The notes: a model not told the origin generated them from the sequence alone. Positions 9,417 through 20,823 are shown, counted from the first letter of the stretch. The stretch: DNA of 64,000 nucleotides from Chloroflexota bacterium (GCA_964291655.2 OZ219802.1:2048001-2112000); one strand, 5' to 3'. Numbers and translations: made by a program.

Positions 9417-9842
9417 TTAGCTGACTACCTCCAAGCCCATGCTGCGGGCCGTGCCCGCAACGATCTTCATTGCCGCCTCCACGTCGTTCGCGTTGAGGTC
9501 CGGCATCTTCATTTCTGCGATTTCGCGCACTTGCCCTTGGGTAACCCGCCCGACTTTCTCGGTATTGGGAGTACCGGAGCCTTTCTCGACTTTGGCCGCG
9601 CGGCGCAGCAAGTCGGCCGCCGGCGGTGTCTTTGTGATGAACGAGAAGGACCGATCTTCGAAGATGGTCATGTCGACCGGCACGATGTAACCGGCCTGGC
9701 TCCCCGTCCGCTCGTTGAATTCCTTAACGAAGGCCATGATATTCACGCCGTGCTGACCCAATGCGGGGCCAACCGGCGGGGCCGGGGTTGCCTTCCCACC
9801 CGGTACCTGAAGCTTGATGACTGCCCGAACTTTCTTTGCCAC
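9417..9842 (-). CDS. rplK: 50S ribosomal protein L11
   Basis: [32 protein letters not shown]. Confidence 0.99.
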   Translation of the reverse strand: MAKKVRAVIKLQVPGGKATPAPPVGPALGQHGVNIMAFVKEFNERTGSQAGYIVPVDMTIFEDRSFSFITKTPPAADLLRRAAKVEKGSGTPNTEKVGRVTQGQVREIAEMKMPDLNANDVEAAMKIVAGTARSMGLEVVS

Positions 9843-9891
9843 GCTTGTCTCTCATCCTTGCGCAAAACGCACTACGACACGGTCACACTGG

Positions 9892-10464
9892 CTAAATTCG
9901 TTCCACTTGGAGAAAATCGAGTTCCACTGGAGTCTCGCGTCCGAAGAACGAGACCATCACCCGCACGCGGCCGCGCTCTTGGTTGGCATCGTCCACGGTG
10001 CCGTAAAACTCGGCAAACGGCCCGTCGACGATCTTGACCCGGTCGCCTTTCCGCAGCACCATACGGGTCTGCGGCGTCTCTTCTTTGCCGCGCTTGAGGA
10101 CCTTATCTACTTCCTCGTCCGCAAGCGGCACCGGCTGATGGTCGTCCCGGCCGGAGCTCACGAATCCGGTCACCCCAGGCGTGTTGCGTACGATGAACCA
10201 GGACTGATCAGTCTGCTGCATGCGTACGAGCACATAACCGGGGAAGAGCTTGCGCTCTACGTCGCGGCGCTGGCCCTGCTTGATTTCCACTTCTTTCTGG
10301 GTGGGCACCACCACGTCGAAGATCATGTCTTTCGCGTCCATCGACTCGATGCGCTTGAGCAGATTCTCCCGGACCTTGTTCTCGTATCCGGAGTAGGTGT
10401 GCACCACGTACCAGCGCGGCGGTTCTTCCGCCTGGGGTTGGGTGTCTTGTATCTCCAATGCCAT
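9892..10464 (-). CDS. nusG: Transcription termination/antitermination factor NusG
   Basis: WYVVHTYSGYENKV, FPGYVLV, RNTPGVTGFV, KOW GPF, FGRETPVELDF. Confidence 0.98.
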   Translation of the reverse strand: MALEIQDTQPQAEEPPRWYVVHTYSGYENKVRENLLKRIESMDAKDMIFDVVVPTQKEVEIKQGQRRDVERKLFPGYVLVRMQQTDQSWFIVRNTPGVTGFVSSGRDDHQPVPLADEEVDKVLKRGKEETPQTRMVLRKGDRVKIVDGPFAEFYGTVDDANQERGRVRVMVSFFGRETPVELDFLQVERI

Positions 10465-10487
10465 GGTGCTGAAATCCTTTAGAGCCC

Positions 10488-10769
10488 CTATTGAACCAGT
10501 AGTGCGAAGAGCCTGGCAAAGATGTAGTCTACCCCGCTGAGAAACGCGCCGGTTACCATGCTCACAGCGATAACTACGAGCGTAAGGTTGAGGGCAGTCT
10601 CGCGGGTGGGCCAGTGCGCCTTCCGAAGCTCGCCCCACGCTTCCTGCAGAAACGTTACCGGAGGCCGCAGGAATTGAGGCAAGCGACTTGGTGGCGGCGC
10701 GTCCCGCCGGCTGCGCGAATGCTGCCGCGCAGCGCGTCCCCGGTCGGCTGTGGACCAGGGCAATCTCAT
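10488..10769 (-). CDS. secE: Preprotein translocase subunit SecE
   Basis: [18 protein letters not shown] + single TM; ATG overlaps the rpmG stop (ATGA). Confidence 0.93.
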   Translation of the reverse strand: MRLPWSTADRGRAARQHSRSRRDAPPPSRLPQFLRPPVTFLQEAWGELRKAHWPTRETALNLTLVVIAVSMVTGAFLSGVDYIFARLFALLVQ

Positions 10770-10936
10770 CGTGTTTCTCGATGTGTGAGATGCTTCTGGC
10801 AGTAGCGGCAGTACTTCCGCAATTCCAGGCGGTCGGTGGTTGTCCGCCGATTCTTGCTGGAGGCGTAGTTGCGGCGTCTGCAATCCACACATGCCAGAGT
10901 AATCACACTACGATCTTCTCGTCCTTTACGTGCCAT
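10766..10936 (-). CDS. rpmG: 50S ribosomal protein L33 (zinc-ribbon C+ form)
   Basis: Manual translation [56 protein letters not shown] (56 aa, below the ORF-track cutoff). Confidence 0.96.
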   Translation of the reverse strand: MARKGREDRSVITLACVDCRRRNYASSKNRRTTTDRLELRKYCRYCQKHLTHRETR

Positions 10937-10970
10937 GAACGTGCGCTTCTCCTAACCGCAAAGCGTATCC

Positions 10971-12173
<1,203 letters not shown>

Positions 12174-12359
12174 CGTTTCCTTCCTCAACCCTTATGAAAC
12201 TTCACTCAATACAATTCTAAGCTGACAGCGGTCAGGGACTGTGCGCCTGCCTAAACTCTTCCAAATTGCACTGGGATTAACTCACTCGTTCCCCAGCGCG
12301 GGAGCTTCCCCCAACCGTGTCTCCGCATTCTATGCGGGAGATTTCCGCAACCCTGCGGG

Positions 12360-12432
12360 AGCCCACAACCGGGATTGAACCGGTGACCTCGATCTTACCA
12401 AGATCGCGCTCTACCGACTGAGCTATGTGGGC
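12360..12432 (-). tRNA. tRNA-Thr(GGT), CCA not encoded
   Basis: Reverse complement GCCCACATAGCTCAGTCGGTAGAGCGCGATCTTGGTAAGATCGAGGTCACCGGTTCAATCCCGGTTGTGGGCT folds as a cloverleaf with anticodon GGT. Confidence 0.97.
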
Positions 12433-13228
12433 AATGCGCTACTCGCAGACCTTGGGCTTCTCTTAACTCTACCTCAGCGGTCAAGGCTCACCGGCGTTCC
12501 CTGGGGCGGCACATCGGCTTTGCCCCCGCCGGACCGTCGGCGTGGTATCGCAAACTAGGTCTTGAAGATAGAGAAGGCACGGTAACAGTTTGCCGTGCCG
12601 TCTACTGCCTTCCCGCTTGTTTGCCCTTATCCACGTCTGCAGCCTGTTACCGCTTGCTCGCCGGCGCAAAAGTCGTTGCCGACATCTCTCCGGCACAGTC
12701 CTTGGCGGCTTGCAACCTGCTACGCGGATGGGACCTTACCGTAAACCCCACACCTCTCTAAGCCTAGTACTAGTTGCAAAGGCAACATCAATGATAACAG
12801 ACCCCTGCTTGCCTGTCACGCATTCCATGGCAAAGAATCACTACCAGTACAAAGGAAAGTGAGCTACAAAATGGCGAAACGAGCGAGGCGAAACTCTCTG
12901 TTTTTCCCGCGAAAGCGAGAATCAATCTTCTCACCACGTGTACGATTCCCCATTCACCAGAGGGAGAGCTCGCAGCTTATTGCACTATTCTGCCGTGCCA
13001 GGAAAGTGTACCCGAGCAACGGCAAATGGCATCGCTCATGTTGTCGATTAAGCAGGTTTGCGTGGCCTTACTTAGACTAAACGTAGGAGCTTGCGCTGCG
13101 CGAGCAATGCTGTCACTGCTCGGGGCGTGAGGGCGGGTGTAATTCAAACGAATTAAACTCTTACGTTGGCTTGGCGCAAGTCACCGGGTATAGTTTTCTT
13201 CAGCGGAGCTACGCGTAGCAAGAGGAGC

Positions 13229-13732
13229 ATGGCGGTGAGCGGCATGGCGGGCGTTGATCCCACGCAGAGCGGCGCGGAGTTTTCGGCGTGTGGGCGCTAC
13301 CGCTACAAGCTCTGGCGGGTGTGGGACCACACGCACCCGGTGATCTTTTTTATCATGCTGAACCCGTCCACGGCTGATGCGGAGAATGATGACCCCACTA
13401 TACGACGCTGCATCCGTTTTGCACGCGATTGGGGCTACGGCGGCGTGCGGGTGGGGAACCTGTTCGCGTGGCGCACGCCCTACCCGAGCGCGCTGCGCGT
13501 CGCCCCCGAACCCGTGGGACGAGAAAACGACAACGCTCTACTCGAATTGGCCGAAGGAGCGGCGCTGATCGTCGCAGCATGGGGCATGCACGGCGCTTGG
13601 GGCGGGCGTGGGCAGGTCGTCCGCAAACGCTTTTCGGACCGCCTCCACGCGCTCGGCATGACGAAGTCGGGTGAGCCGGCCCATCCGCTCCGTCTGCGGC
13701 GCACCAGCAGGCCCTTCCTGCTGGAGATCTGA
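13229..13732 (+). CDS. DUF1643 family protein
   Basis: AEFSACGRYRYKLWRVW, FIMLNPSTAD, DPTIRRC, NLFAWR, AAWG, PAHPL; GAGGAG RBS. Confidence 0.88.
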   Translation: MAVSGMAGVDPTQSGAEFSACGRYRYKLWRVWDHTHPVIFFIMLNPSTADAENDDPTIRRCIRFARDWGYGGVRVGNLFAWRTPYPSALRVAPEPVGRENDNALLELAEGAALIVAAWGMHGAWGGRGQVVRKRFSDRLHALGMTKSGEPAHPLRLRRTSRPFLLEI

Positions 13733-13983
13733 GATCGCTTGGGGGTTGGGCGCTGTTGCACCCATAGGGGTAAACGGCAATTTGCAATGTCCCTGCATGG
13801 GCGGGGCGCAACGGGGCAGCGTGTCGGCAGGGCTGGGCTAAGAATACGACGCAACTTGGCAAATGCGAACGGGTTCTGGCGGGAGTGCGGAGCGCGGTAG
13901 TGAGTACCCATTCGCGCTGTTTGGGCTTCGCGGAGTCCTTGTCAAGGCGCAGGAAGTATCTCAAGGAGCACGAACAGAAGTGT

Positions 13984-15483
13984 ATGAAACTCTCTAGACT
14001 CCTTAGCGCCACGCCGGAGGCGCGGATTGTCTCCGGTGCGCAAGACCCGGCTGTCACACAACTCTGCCACGATTCTCGAGAGGCGGAGGCCGGTGCGCTC
14101 TTCGTCGCCCTGCAAGGATTGCACCGGGACGGACACGACTACGCCGCGGCTGCCGTGGCGAATGGCGCGACCGCGGTGCTTGTCACACGACCACTGTCTC
14201 TGCCGGAGCACGTCACCCAGGTGCTGGTGCCCGACACGTGGGTGGCAATCGGGCAGGCGGCTGCGGTCTTCTACGGCAACCCCTCCCAGGAACTCTGCGT
14301 CATCGGCGTCACCGGCACCGACGGCAAGAGTACGACAACCACCCTCATCGGTCACATCCTGCGTTCGTGCGGGCACCCGACGGGCGTCATCACCACGGTG
14401 GCCTTTCACGATAGCCGGCAGGAGTATCCCAACGAAACGCGCCTCACTACCCAGCACGCCTCCGACCTCCAGCGCATGCTGCGCACAGTCCGCAACCAAG
14501 GCGGCACGCACGCAGTCGTCGAAGCCAGTTCCCACGGGCTGGCACTGCACAAGCTGGACGCAATTGAGATCGATGCCGCCGTGTTGACGAACCTCAGTCA
14601 TGAGCACCTGGACTTTCATAAGACTTTGGAAGCATACCGCGAGGCGAAGGGTCTGCTCTTCCAGCAGATGAAGGCGCGGGCGTCAAAGCCGTTTCCCCAG
14701 GTGAGCGTGCTTAACGCCGACGATGCGCATTTTTCATATTTCGCCTCAATCAAACCGCCCGGCGTGCGGACGTATGGCCTCGCAAAGCACGCGGACGTAC
14801 GCGCCATTGACGTAACGCTCGGCGCAGACCACACTGCATTTACAGTGGTCACGCCGGAGAGACAAATGCCAGTACATGCGCCGCTGGTCTGCCACTTCAA
14901 CGTGGCCAACACGCTGGCAGCGTTGGCCGTCGTCAGCGGTCTGGGCGTGCCCCTCGATGCGGCTGCGGCGGCAGTTGGCTCGTTTCCGGGGGTGCCCGGC
15001 CGCATGCAAGTCATCAGCGCCGGCCAGCCGTTCGCCGTCATTGTTGACTACGCCCATACGCCCAATAGCCTGCGGCTCGTGCTCGATGCCCTGCGCAGCG
15101 TAACGCCGGGACGGCTGGTGGTCGTCTTTGGCAGCGCGGGCGAGCGCGACGTGGAGAAGCGGGCGCTCATGGGCGAGGTCGCGGCGGAACATGCCGACTA
15201 CTTTGTAATCACCAGCGAGGACCCCCGCAGCGAGGACCCGGACGCTATCTGCCGCCAAATCGAAGAAGGCGCGTTGGAGGCGGGCTGTGTCTACGGCCGC
15301 GACTACAGCATCAGCGTCGACCGCACCCAGGCCTTCCGCATTGCCTTCAAGCAGGCGCGGCCGGGCGATACCGTGCTCCTAGCTGGCAAAGGCCATGAGC
15401 ACTCCATCATCTGGGGTGACGAATCCCTGCCCTGGGCCGAGGCCCGCATTGCCAGTGAGACCCTGGCGGATATGTTTGCCTAG
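13984..15483 (+). CDS. murE: UDP-MurNAc-dipeptide:diamino acid ligase MurE
   Basis: GVTGTDGKST, EASSHG, TNLSHEHLDFH, VPGRMQ, VDYAHTP, GERD, EDPR, LAGKGHE. Confidence 0.96.
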   Translation: MKLSRLLSATPEARIVSGAQDPAVTQLCHDSREAEAGALFVALQGLHRDGHDYAAAAVANGATAVLVTRPLSLPEHVTQVLVPDTWVAIGQAAAVFYGNPSQELCVIGVTGTDGKSTTTTLIGHILRSCGHPTGVITTVAFHDSRQEYPNETRLTTQHASDLQRMLRTVRNQGGTHAVVEASSHGLALHKLDAIEIDAAVLTNLSHEHLDFHKTLEAYREAKGLLFQQMKARASKPFPQVSVLNADDAHFSYFASIKPPGVRTYGLAKHADVRAIDVTLGADHTAFTVVTPERQMPVHAPLVCHFNVANTLAALAVVSGLGVPLDAAAAAVGSFPGVPGRMQVISAGQPFAVIVDYAHTPNSLRLVLDALRSVTPGRLVVVFGSAGERDVEKRALMGEVAAEHADYFVITSEDPRSEDPDAICRQIEEGALEAGCVYGRDYSISVDRTQAFRIAFKQARPGDTVLLAGKGHEHSIIWGDESLPWAEARIASETLADMFA

Positions 15484-15787
15484 CGCCGTTTTCACATAAG
15501 CGAGCGTGGTCGCAGGCAACACGACTCTATCGACGACCTTGGACAGAGTGCAGCAATCTCCTGATGCCACCTATGGGGCGTACTTACTATTGCTCTATCC
15601 CCGTTTAAGCTATTGCCAAAATGTTTTGGTTAGAGTAGGATGATTGACATGATACTGTTTCGATAGTGAGAGGAGGGTTGACAACTAGAGGTATTGCCAT
15701 TGTGTTGCGCAAACCCAGTGTCGGCTGGATGGAATCACTTCATGCAGGCGAAGCGGCAGAACGCCGCGTCGCAAAGGAGAAGAAGTC

Positions 15788-17161
15788 ATGCGTTTTCATA
15801 CAACCAGACGTAGATTCCTCGGGGGCTCGGCAGCAACTTTCGGGGCCGTTGCCCTGGCCGCGTGCGGCCAGGTAGCGACGACGGGCGAAATGATGGAAGA
15901 AGCACCGGCGGAGACAGAAGCAGAAGCTAAGGCCGAAGAGGCGCCCGTAGCCGAGCAAGTGACGATCCAGTTCATGTGGCCGCCCTATTCACCGGCCAAG
16001 GAGCGCTGGTACGAGCGCTTGGTGGACGCCTACGAAGAGAAAAACCCCAATGTAACCATCTCCACCATTCTCGATACGGCGCTCAACGATCGCATCGGCA
16101 CTAACGCCGCCGCCGGTGGCGGCTTGCTTGACGTGACCTGGCACGGCTGGGGTTGGGCCCGTTGGGGTGAAGAAGGCGTCTTCCTGCCGCTGGAGCCGTA
16201 CGTCAAGGCGTCGGGCCTCAATCTTGACGACTACTATAAGGCCGCTATCGACGGTGTCACCTGGAACGGCACGCTGCATGCGCTGCCCTTGGGCATTCTG
16301 ACGCCGGTGATGGCGCTTAATCTCGATGCGTTCGCGGCAGCGGGCATCGAGGTGCCGTCTGACGACTGGACCTTCGGGGACATGATTGATATCGGCGCCA
16401 AGCTCACCGATGCCGCCAACGGCAAGTGGGGCGTGTCGACGCGGTTCTGGTACTGGTCAACCTGGTACGTCTCCTATGGCCGCGATCAGGGTTCCGTGAA
16501 CAATGAGTGGCAGAACATGAGCTGGGACGCGGCAGTGCGCACCGAGCTGATTAGGACGCGGGGAGACTTGTTCCACAAGCACCAGGTCGAAGCCTACGGC
16601 GACGATGCCGCGGAAGAGACGATCTTCGATCACTTCAAGAACCAGAAGGTTGCCATCTACTCGGGCTACAACTGGCTGGTGCCCAGCTTCCGTACCGACG
16701 CGCAGTTCAATTGGACGTTGCATCCCATCCCGTTCATCGATTTCGAGGGTGAACCGACGCGTAACGGCGCGCTCTACACCGAGGAAATCGCCCTCGTGGA
16801 AGGCAGCAAGGTGCTCGACCACGGGTGGGACTTCGCCTCGTGGATCTGCGGGCCGGAACAACTGGATACGGCCGCCCGCAACGGCGACACGACGCCGACG
16901 ATCAAGTCCATTGCCGAGAGCGACGCGTTCATCAATCTGGACCTGCCGCCCGGAGAGAGAATCGTCGAGTACCTGCGGGCCATGGAAACCGCCATTCCGT
17001 TCTTGCTCCATCCTATTGGCGGCGATCTCGCCGGACCTCTGTGGAAGAACGCCGGCCTGGCGACGCAAGCGAATCCGGAGCTTACGCCGGAGGAGGCTTC
17101 CCGCACGGCCCAAGGCGAGGCCCAAGCCATCCTGGACGAGTACAACGCAAGCAGGCAGTAG
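15788..17161 (+). CDS. Carbohydrate ABC-type solute-binding lipoprotein with Tat-like signal
   Basis: TRRRFLGG..LAACG signal/lipobox; family-1 SBP pattern (LHALP, AAGIEVPSDDWTF). Confidence 0.88.
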   Translation: MRFHTTRRRFLGGSAATFGAVALAACGQVATTGEMMEEAPAETEAEAKAEEAPVAEQVTIQFMWPPYSPAKERWYERLVDAYEEKNPNVTISTILDTALNDRIGTNAAAGGGLLDVTWHGWGWARWGEEGVFLPLEPYVKASGLNLDDYYKAAIDGVTWNGTLHALPLGILTPVMALNLDAFAAAGIEVPSDDWTFGDMIDIGAKLTDAANGKWGVSTRFWYWSTWYVSYGRDQGSVNNEWQNMSWDAAVRTELIRTRGDLFHKHQVEAYGDDAAEETIFDHFKNQKVAIYSGYNWLVPSFRTDAQFNWTLHPIPFIDFEGEPTRNGALYTEEIALVEGSKVLDHGWDFASWICGPEQLDTAARNGDTTPTIKSIAESDAFINLDLPPGERIVEYLRAMETAIPFLLHPIGGDLAGPLWKNAGLATQANPELTPEEASRTAQGEAQAILDEYNASRQ

Positions 17162-17176
17162 GTAAGCTTTCAGTGC

Positions 17177-17204
17177 GTAGGGGCACGGCATGTCGTGCCC
17201 CTAC
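17177..17204. repeat. GTAG-type REP palindrome (GTAGGGGCACG..CGTGCCCCTAC)
   Basis: 28-bp palindrome; related copies at 52687-52714 and 53810-53837. Confidence 0.8.
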
Positions 17205-17295
17205 GCGCGATTCACGACAAGCAGGTGCATGGTAGCGCTCTTGGAGGAGTCTTCTGGACAGCGAAGCCCCCATCTTATCCCCTCTCCCTCAGACG

Positions 17296-17822
17296 GAGAC
17301 CTTTGCATAACCCCACTTTCAAGCAGAGGCACTCCCTCTCCTGGGGGATGTACAGACTGGGCTGATAGGTAACAGGTGTTCGGGTTGATAGGTTACACAT
17401 TGTACTGATTGACACCTTCGGGCGCTTTAGGTTGGGCAGAGAAATAGACGTTCCAGGCACCACGACATACTCATGTTCAGTTCGTGAGCTGGTGCCAGGG
17501 GAAAAACCGTATCCATAAGGGTATTGAGTTGGTCTAACTTCCATGGCATGGACACTGCATACAACGAAAACTCCCATATTCGATGGTGTAACCTATCAAC
17601 CCGAACATGTGTTACCCATCAACCCGGTCTATACAGGGGAGAGGGTTGGGGTGAGGGGGTCTTATTGCTACGATGGCCCTTTACGCTGGGCAGTGTCAAG
17701 ACGTATCAGGGCAGATTTGGTGTGCATATGGAGAGATTTCAGGAGATCCACCCTCACCCTAGCCCTCTCCCGTCGAGGGAGAGGGGACATCCGCGCTGTG
17801 GCGAGGGTTATGCAAGAGTCTC
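17296..17822. mobile_element. GAGACC-ended MITE carrying a nested IS481-type MITE
   Basis: Ends GAGACCTTTGCATAACCC / GGGTTATGCAAGAGTCTC; an inverted homolog lacking the inner element is at 37393-37650. Confidence 0.82.
17349..17635. mobile_element. 287-bp IS481-type MITE (TGT..ACA ends)
   Basis: TGTACAGACTGGG..CCCGGTCTATACA long imperfect TIRs with internal repeats; GGGGA on both flanks; homologous to 39311-39598. Confidence 0.85.
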
Positions 17823-17885
17823 CTCTGGGAGAGGGCTAGGGTGTGGGAAAGTCATCGGGCAAGATCAACTTGAAAGGTTAGTAGC

Positions 17886-18947
17886 ATGGGCACGCTCGGT
17901 GTAACACCCGATGATGCGGAGTCCATCCGCCAAGAGCAGGTAGCGGAAATTGACCGCTATTACGCCGCGCTGGTGTATGCGGCTGCGAATAGACGCGAGC
18001 GCGCGTGGCAGCGGGACTTTAGTTCGCCTGACGCATATCGCCGCTCGATAGCGCCGAACCGTGCACGGTTTCTCCAACTCATGGGCGGCGCACCGCAAGG
18101 CGCCGCGCCGCTGGAGCCGCGGCAGCAGGACCTGCCGGAGCGTCCCGGCATTGCGGCAAGGCGCGTCTGGATTCCGGTTGATGCAGGCGTCCACGCGTAC
18201 GGCGTCTTGCTGGTGCCCGCACAGCCGACCGGCCCGAAACCTGCCGTAATCGCCCAGCACGGCTTCTCCGGCTCACCGGAAGCCACCTGCGGCTACTACG
18301 AGTTGGAGGAGACTGCCTATCTGCGGTCCTTTGGGCTGCGGCTGGCCGAAAAGGGCTACGTTGTCTTCGCTCCGTTGGTGATGAACAATACGCCGGACCG
18401 GTCGCGCACGAACCGCCAGGCCACGCTCATCGCCCAACAGCTCTTGGGCCTGGAAGTGGGCAAGATGATGCGCGTGGTGGACTTTCTACAGACCTTGCCG
18501 GAGGTGGACAACGACCGCATCGGCTACATGGGCATTTCCCAGGGCGGCATGATGGCGCTGTGGGCGGCGGCCGCCGACGAACGCATCGCCGCCTGCGTCT
18601 GCTCCGGCTACTTCACCAACCGCACACCCAAGATGATCGACCTTTCGCCCCACTACACGTCCTTCATTCAAACCGGCGATGACGACAAATTCTTCTGGGG
18701 CCAGTTGAACGAGTTTTCCGATTCCGACATCGCGTCGCTCATCTGCCCGCGACCCTTCTTCGTGGAGGCGGGCACGGAAGACCGCGTCTTCTGGCTGGAG
18801 CACGTGAAGGAAGAGTTTTCTCAACTCCAATCATTCTATGCGGAGCTTGGAATTGAAGAACGCGTCGAACTTGGCATCTTTGCAGGTCCCCACGTGATCC
18901 ACGGCGTGGAATCGTTTGCTTTCCTCGACCGCTGGCTGCAGAATTAA
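17886..18947 (+). CDS. Alpha/beta hydrolase (dienelactone hydrolase/acetylxylan esterase-like)
   Basis: PAVIAQHG, nucleophile elbow GISQGG, ICPRPFFVEAG, C-terminal His (GPH). Confidence 0.85.
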   Translation: MGTLGVTPDDAESIRQEQVAEIDRYYAALVYAAANRRERAWQRDFSSPDAYRRSIAPNRARFLQLMGGAPQGAAPLEPRQQDLPERPGIAARRVWIPVDAGVHAYGVLLVPAQPTGPKPAVIAQHGFSGSPEATCGYYELEETAYLRSFGLRLAEKGYVVFAPLVMNNTPDRSRTNRQATLIAQQLLGLEVGKMMRVVDFLQTLPEVDNDRIGYMGISQGGMMALWAAAADERIAACVCSGYFTNRTPKMIDLSPHYTSFIQTGDDDKFFWGQLNEFSDSDIASLICPRPFFVEAGTEDRVFWLEHVKEEFSQLQSFYAELGIEERVELGIFAGPHVIHGVESFAFLDRWLQN

Positions 18948-19004
18948 TCCGCGATTTATGCGCCCCGTGAATATCGACGTGTGCTTCGAACAAGGCGAGA
19001 CTTG

Positions 19005-19134
19005 CCGTTCGCACTGAGCCTGTCGAAGTGCCGTTACGGTTTTCACGGCAACCGTAATGTCTTGTGATTTCCGGCGCGTGTTCGCAACACAGCGGTTGGG
19101 CAGAATTACCGTTCGCACTGAGCTTGTCGAAGTG
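19005..19134. repeat. Two direct copies of the CCGTTCGCACTGAGC(C/T)TGTCGAAG REP-like motif
   Basis: Copies at about 19005 and 19109; same family as the CTTCGACAAGCTCAG repeats elsewhere in the window. Confidence 0.65.
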
Positions 19135-19212
19135 CTCTTCGCGGGTAGGCCACGCGGGCCTTGAATTGTCTCAGCGAATTGGCCCACTGCCCTGCCCACA
19201 AAGAAGTGTAAG

Positions 19213-20823
19213 CTACCTATGGAGACCTTTGCATAACCCCACTTTCAAGCAGGGGCACTCCCTCTCCTGGGGAGGCTGTCTCAATATTTTGGTGCGGGGC
19301 ACGGTGAATGGGGTGAGAAGGACAGACAGATGGCGGGTGGTATGAACAAGACGGTGCCAGTGAGAGACTCGTCCCCGGGGCGACGCTGGACTACACCCAG
19401 ACCGCCACAGGGCGTGGAGGCTCTTGAGATTGAACGCGGTGGCCAGCAGGTGCCATTCGGACGTCACGTGGCTGCGGCCTCTGAGCAGGAAGCGCCTGGC
19501 ACTGTGCCACTCCTTGAGCAGGCCAAAGACCGGCTCGACGATGGTACTCCGGCGGCGGTACACCTGCTTGGCAGGCGCGGTGGCCATCAACTGCCTGTGC
19601 CGTTGCAGTATTGGCTCGTAGGCGCTGATCTTTATGGAGCGGCCCCTCTGGGAGGAGGTGCAGACGCCGAAGGCCGGACAGGTTCTGCAGTCCCGGCCGT
19701 TGGCTTGGTACCGCTTGACCCGGTAGCCGTTGCTGTGGGTCAAGCGGTGCGTGTAGGTGAGCACCTTTTGCTGGGGACACAGGTAGGTGTCGGTCTCTGG
19801 ACGGTAGGTGAAGTGGTCTTTATGGTAGGGGTTGCGGCGTCTGCGCTCGTGGGTCGTGGGCATCAATACCGTGTGGCCGCCGGCGTGGCACGTGGCGAGG
19901 TTGGCCCCCGAATGGTAGCCGGCGTCCGCAACGGTCACCACGTCCCGCGCGGCGTCGATGTTCTCCTGCGCCGCCTCGATCAGCGGCGCCAGGTGGGGAT
20001 GGTCGTCGGCACTGGCGCTCACGTCCACGGCTGTGATCAACCTCCCCCCTGCGCCCTCGTCCGGGGACGCAAGAGGGGAGACCAGCGCCTGGGCGTTGTA
20101 GCCGGTGATGAAGCCACCCATGCCAGTCTTGAGCAGGGCCGCGTCCGCATCAGTCAGGTTCGTGTAGCGCGGCCCGTCCTCAGCCGCGACGCGGGCGAGC
20201 GCGTCGTCCACCCGCCGCCGCAGGGCCTGGGCATCGGCAAGTTCCTGCGGCAAAGTCGCTGGCGGCGCGTCGCCCCCCGTGGCGTTCTGCGCCTCCAGGT
20301 CCGCGATCGCTTGCTCGGTGCGGGACAACAGCCGCTGCAGCCCCTGCGCGTCGTGGGTATGCCGCGTCCCGGCGTTGGCCGCGATCCTGGTGCCGTCCAC
20401 CGCCTGGATTGCCAACTCCACCAGGCCGGCTCGCACCGCCGTGCGCACCGTGCGCTTGAGCAGCGTCCGCATCCGGTCGCGGTGCGCCTTGTAGAAGCGC
20501 CACAGCGTGTTGTGGTCCGGCTGCTGCATCCCCACCAGCCACAGGTACGGTACCTGATCCCGGCAGGCTGCCTCCAGCTTGCGGCTCGAGCGCACGCCGG
20601 TCATGAAGCCGTAGACCCATACGCCCAGCAGCGCGCGCGGATGGTAGGCCCCGGCGCCACGCGGATCGCCTTGCAGGTCAATCTCCATCGCCTCCCAGGC
20701 CGCAGCATCGAGGCTGTCCACGAACGCTGCCGCAAACCTGACAGGATGGTCGTCCGGGATCAGTTCGTCCAGCGTCGGCGGCAACAGCCAGGCCTGTTCA
20801 CGACTAAACGGTCTCAACGGCAT
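19213..20823 (-). CDS. IS1182-family DDE transposase (reads through the IS end into the flank)
   Basis: LLPPTLDELIPDDHP, YHPRALL, SSRKLE, PDHNTL, VDGTRIAANA, GYNAQ, ADAGY, CPQ..CRTCP..C, VEPVFG. Confidence 0.95.
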   Translation of the reverse strand: MPLRPFSREQAWLLPPTLDELIPDDHPVRFAAAFVDSLDAAAWEAMEIDLQGDPRGAGAYHPRALLGVWVYGFMTGVRSSRKLEAACRDQVPYLWLVGMQQPDHNTLWRFYKAHRDRMRTLLKRTVRTAVRAGLVELAIQAVDGTRIAANAGTRHTHDAQGLQRLLSRTEQAIADLEAQNATGGDAPPATLPQELADAQALRRRVDDALARVAAEDGPRYTNLTDADAALLKTGMGGFITGYNAQALVSPLASPDEGAGGRLITAVDVSASADDHPHLAPLIEAAQENIDAARDVVTVADAGYHSGANLATCHAGGHTVLMPTTHERRRRNPYHKDHFTYRPETDTYLCPQQKVLTYTHRLTHSNGYRVKRYQANGRDCRTCPAFGVCTSSQRGRSIKISAYEPILQRHRQLMATAPAKQVYRRRSTIVEPVFGLLKEWHSARRFLLRGRSHVTSEWHLLATAFNLKSLHALWRSGCSPASPRGRVSHWHRLVHTTRHLSVLLTPFTVPRTKILRQPPQERECPCLKVGLCKGLHR

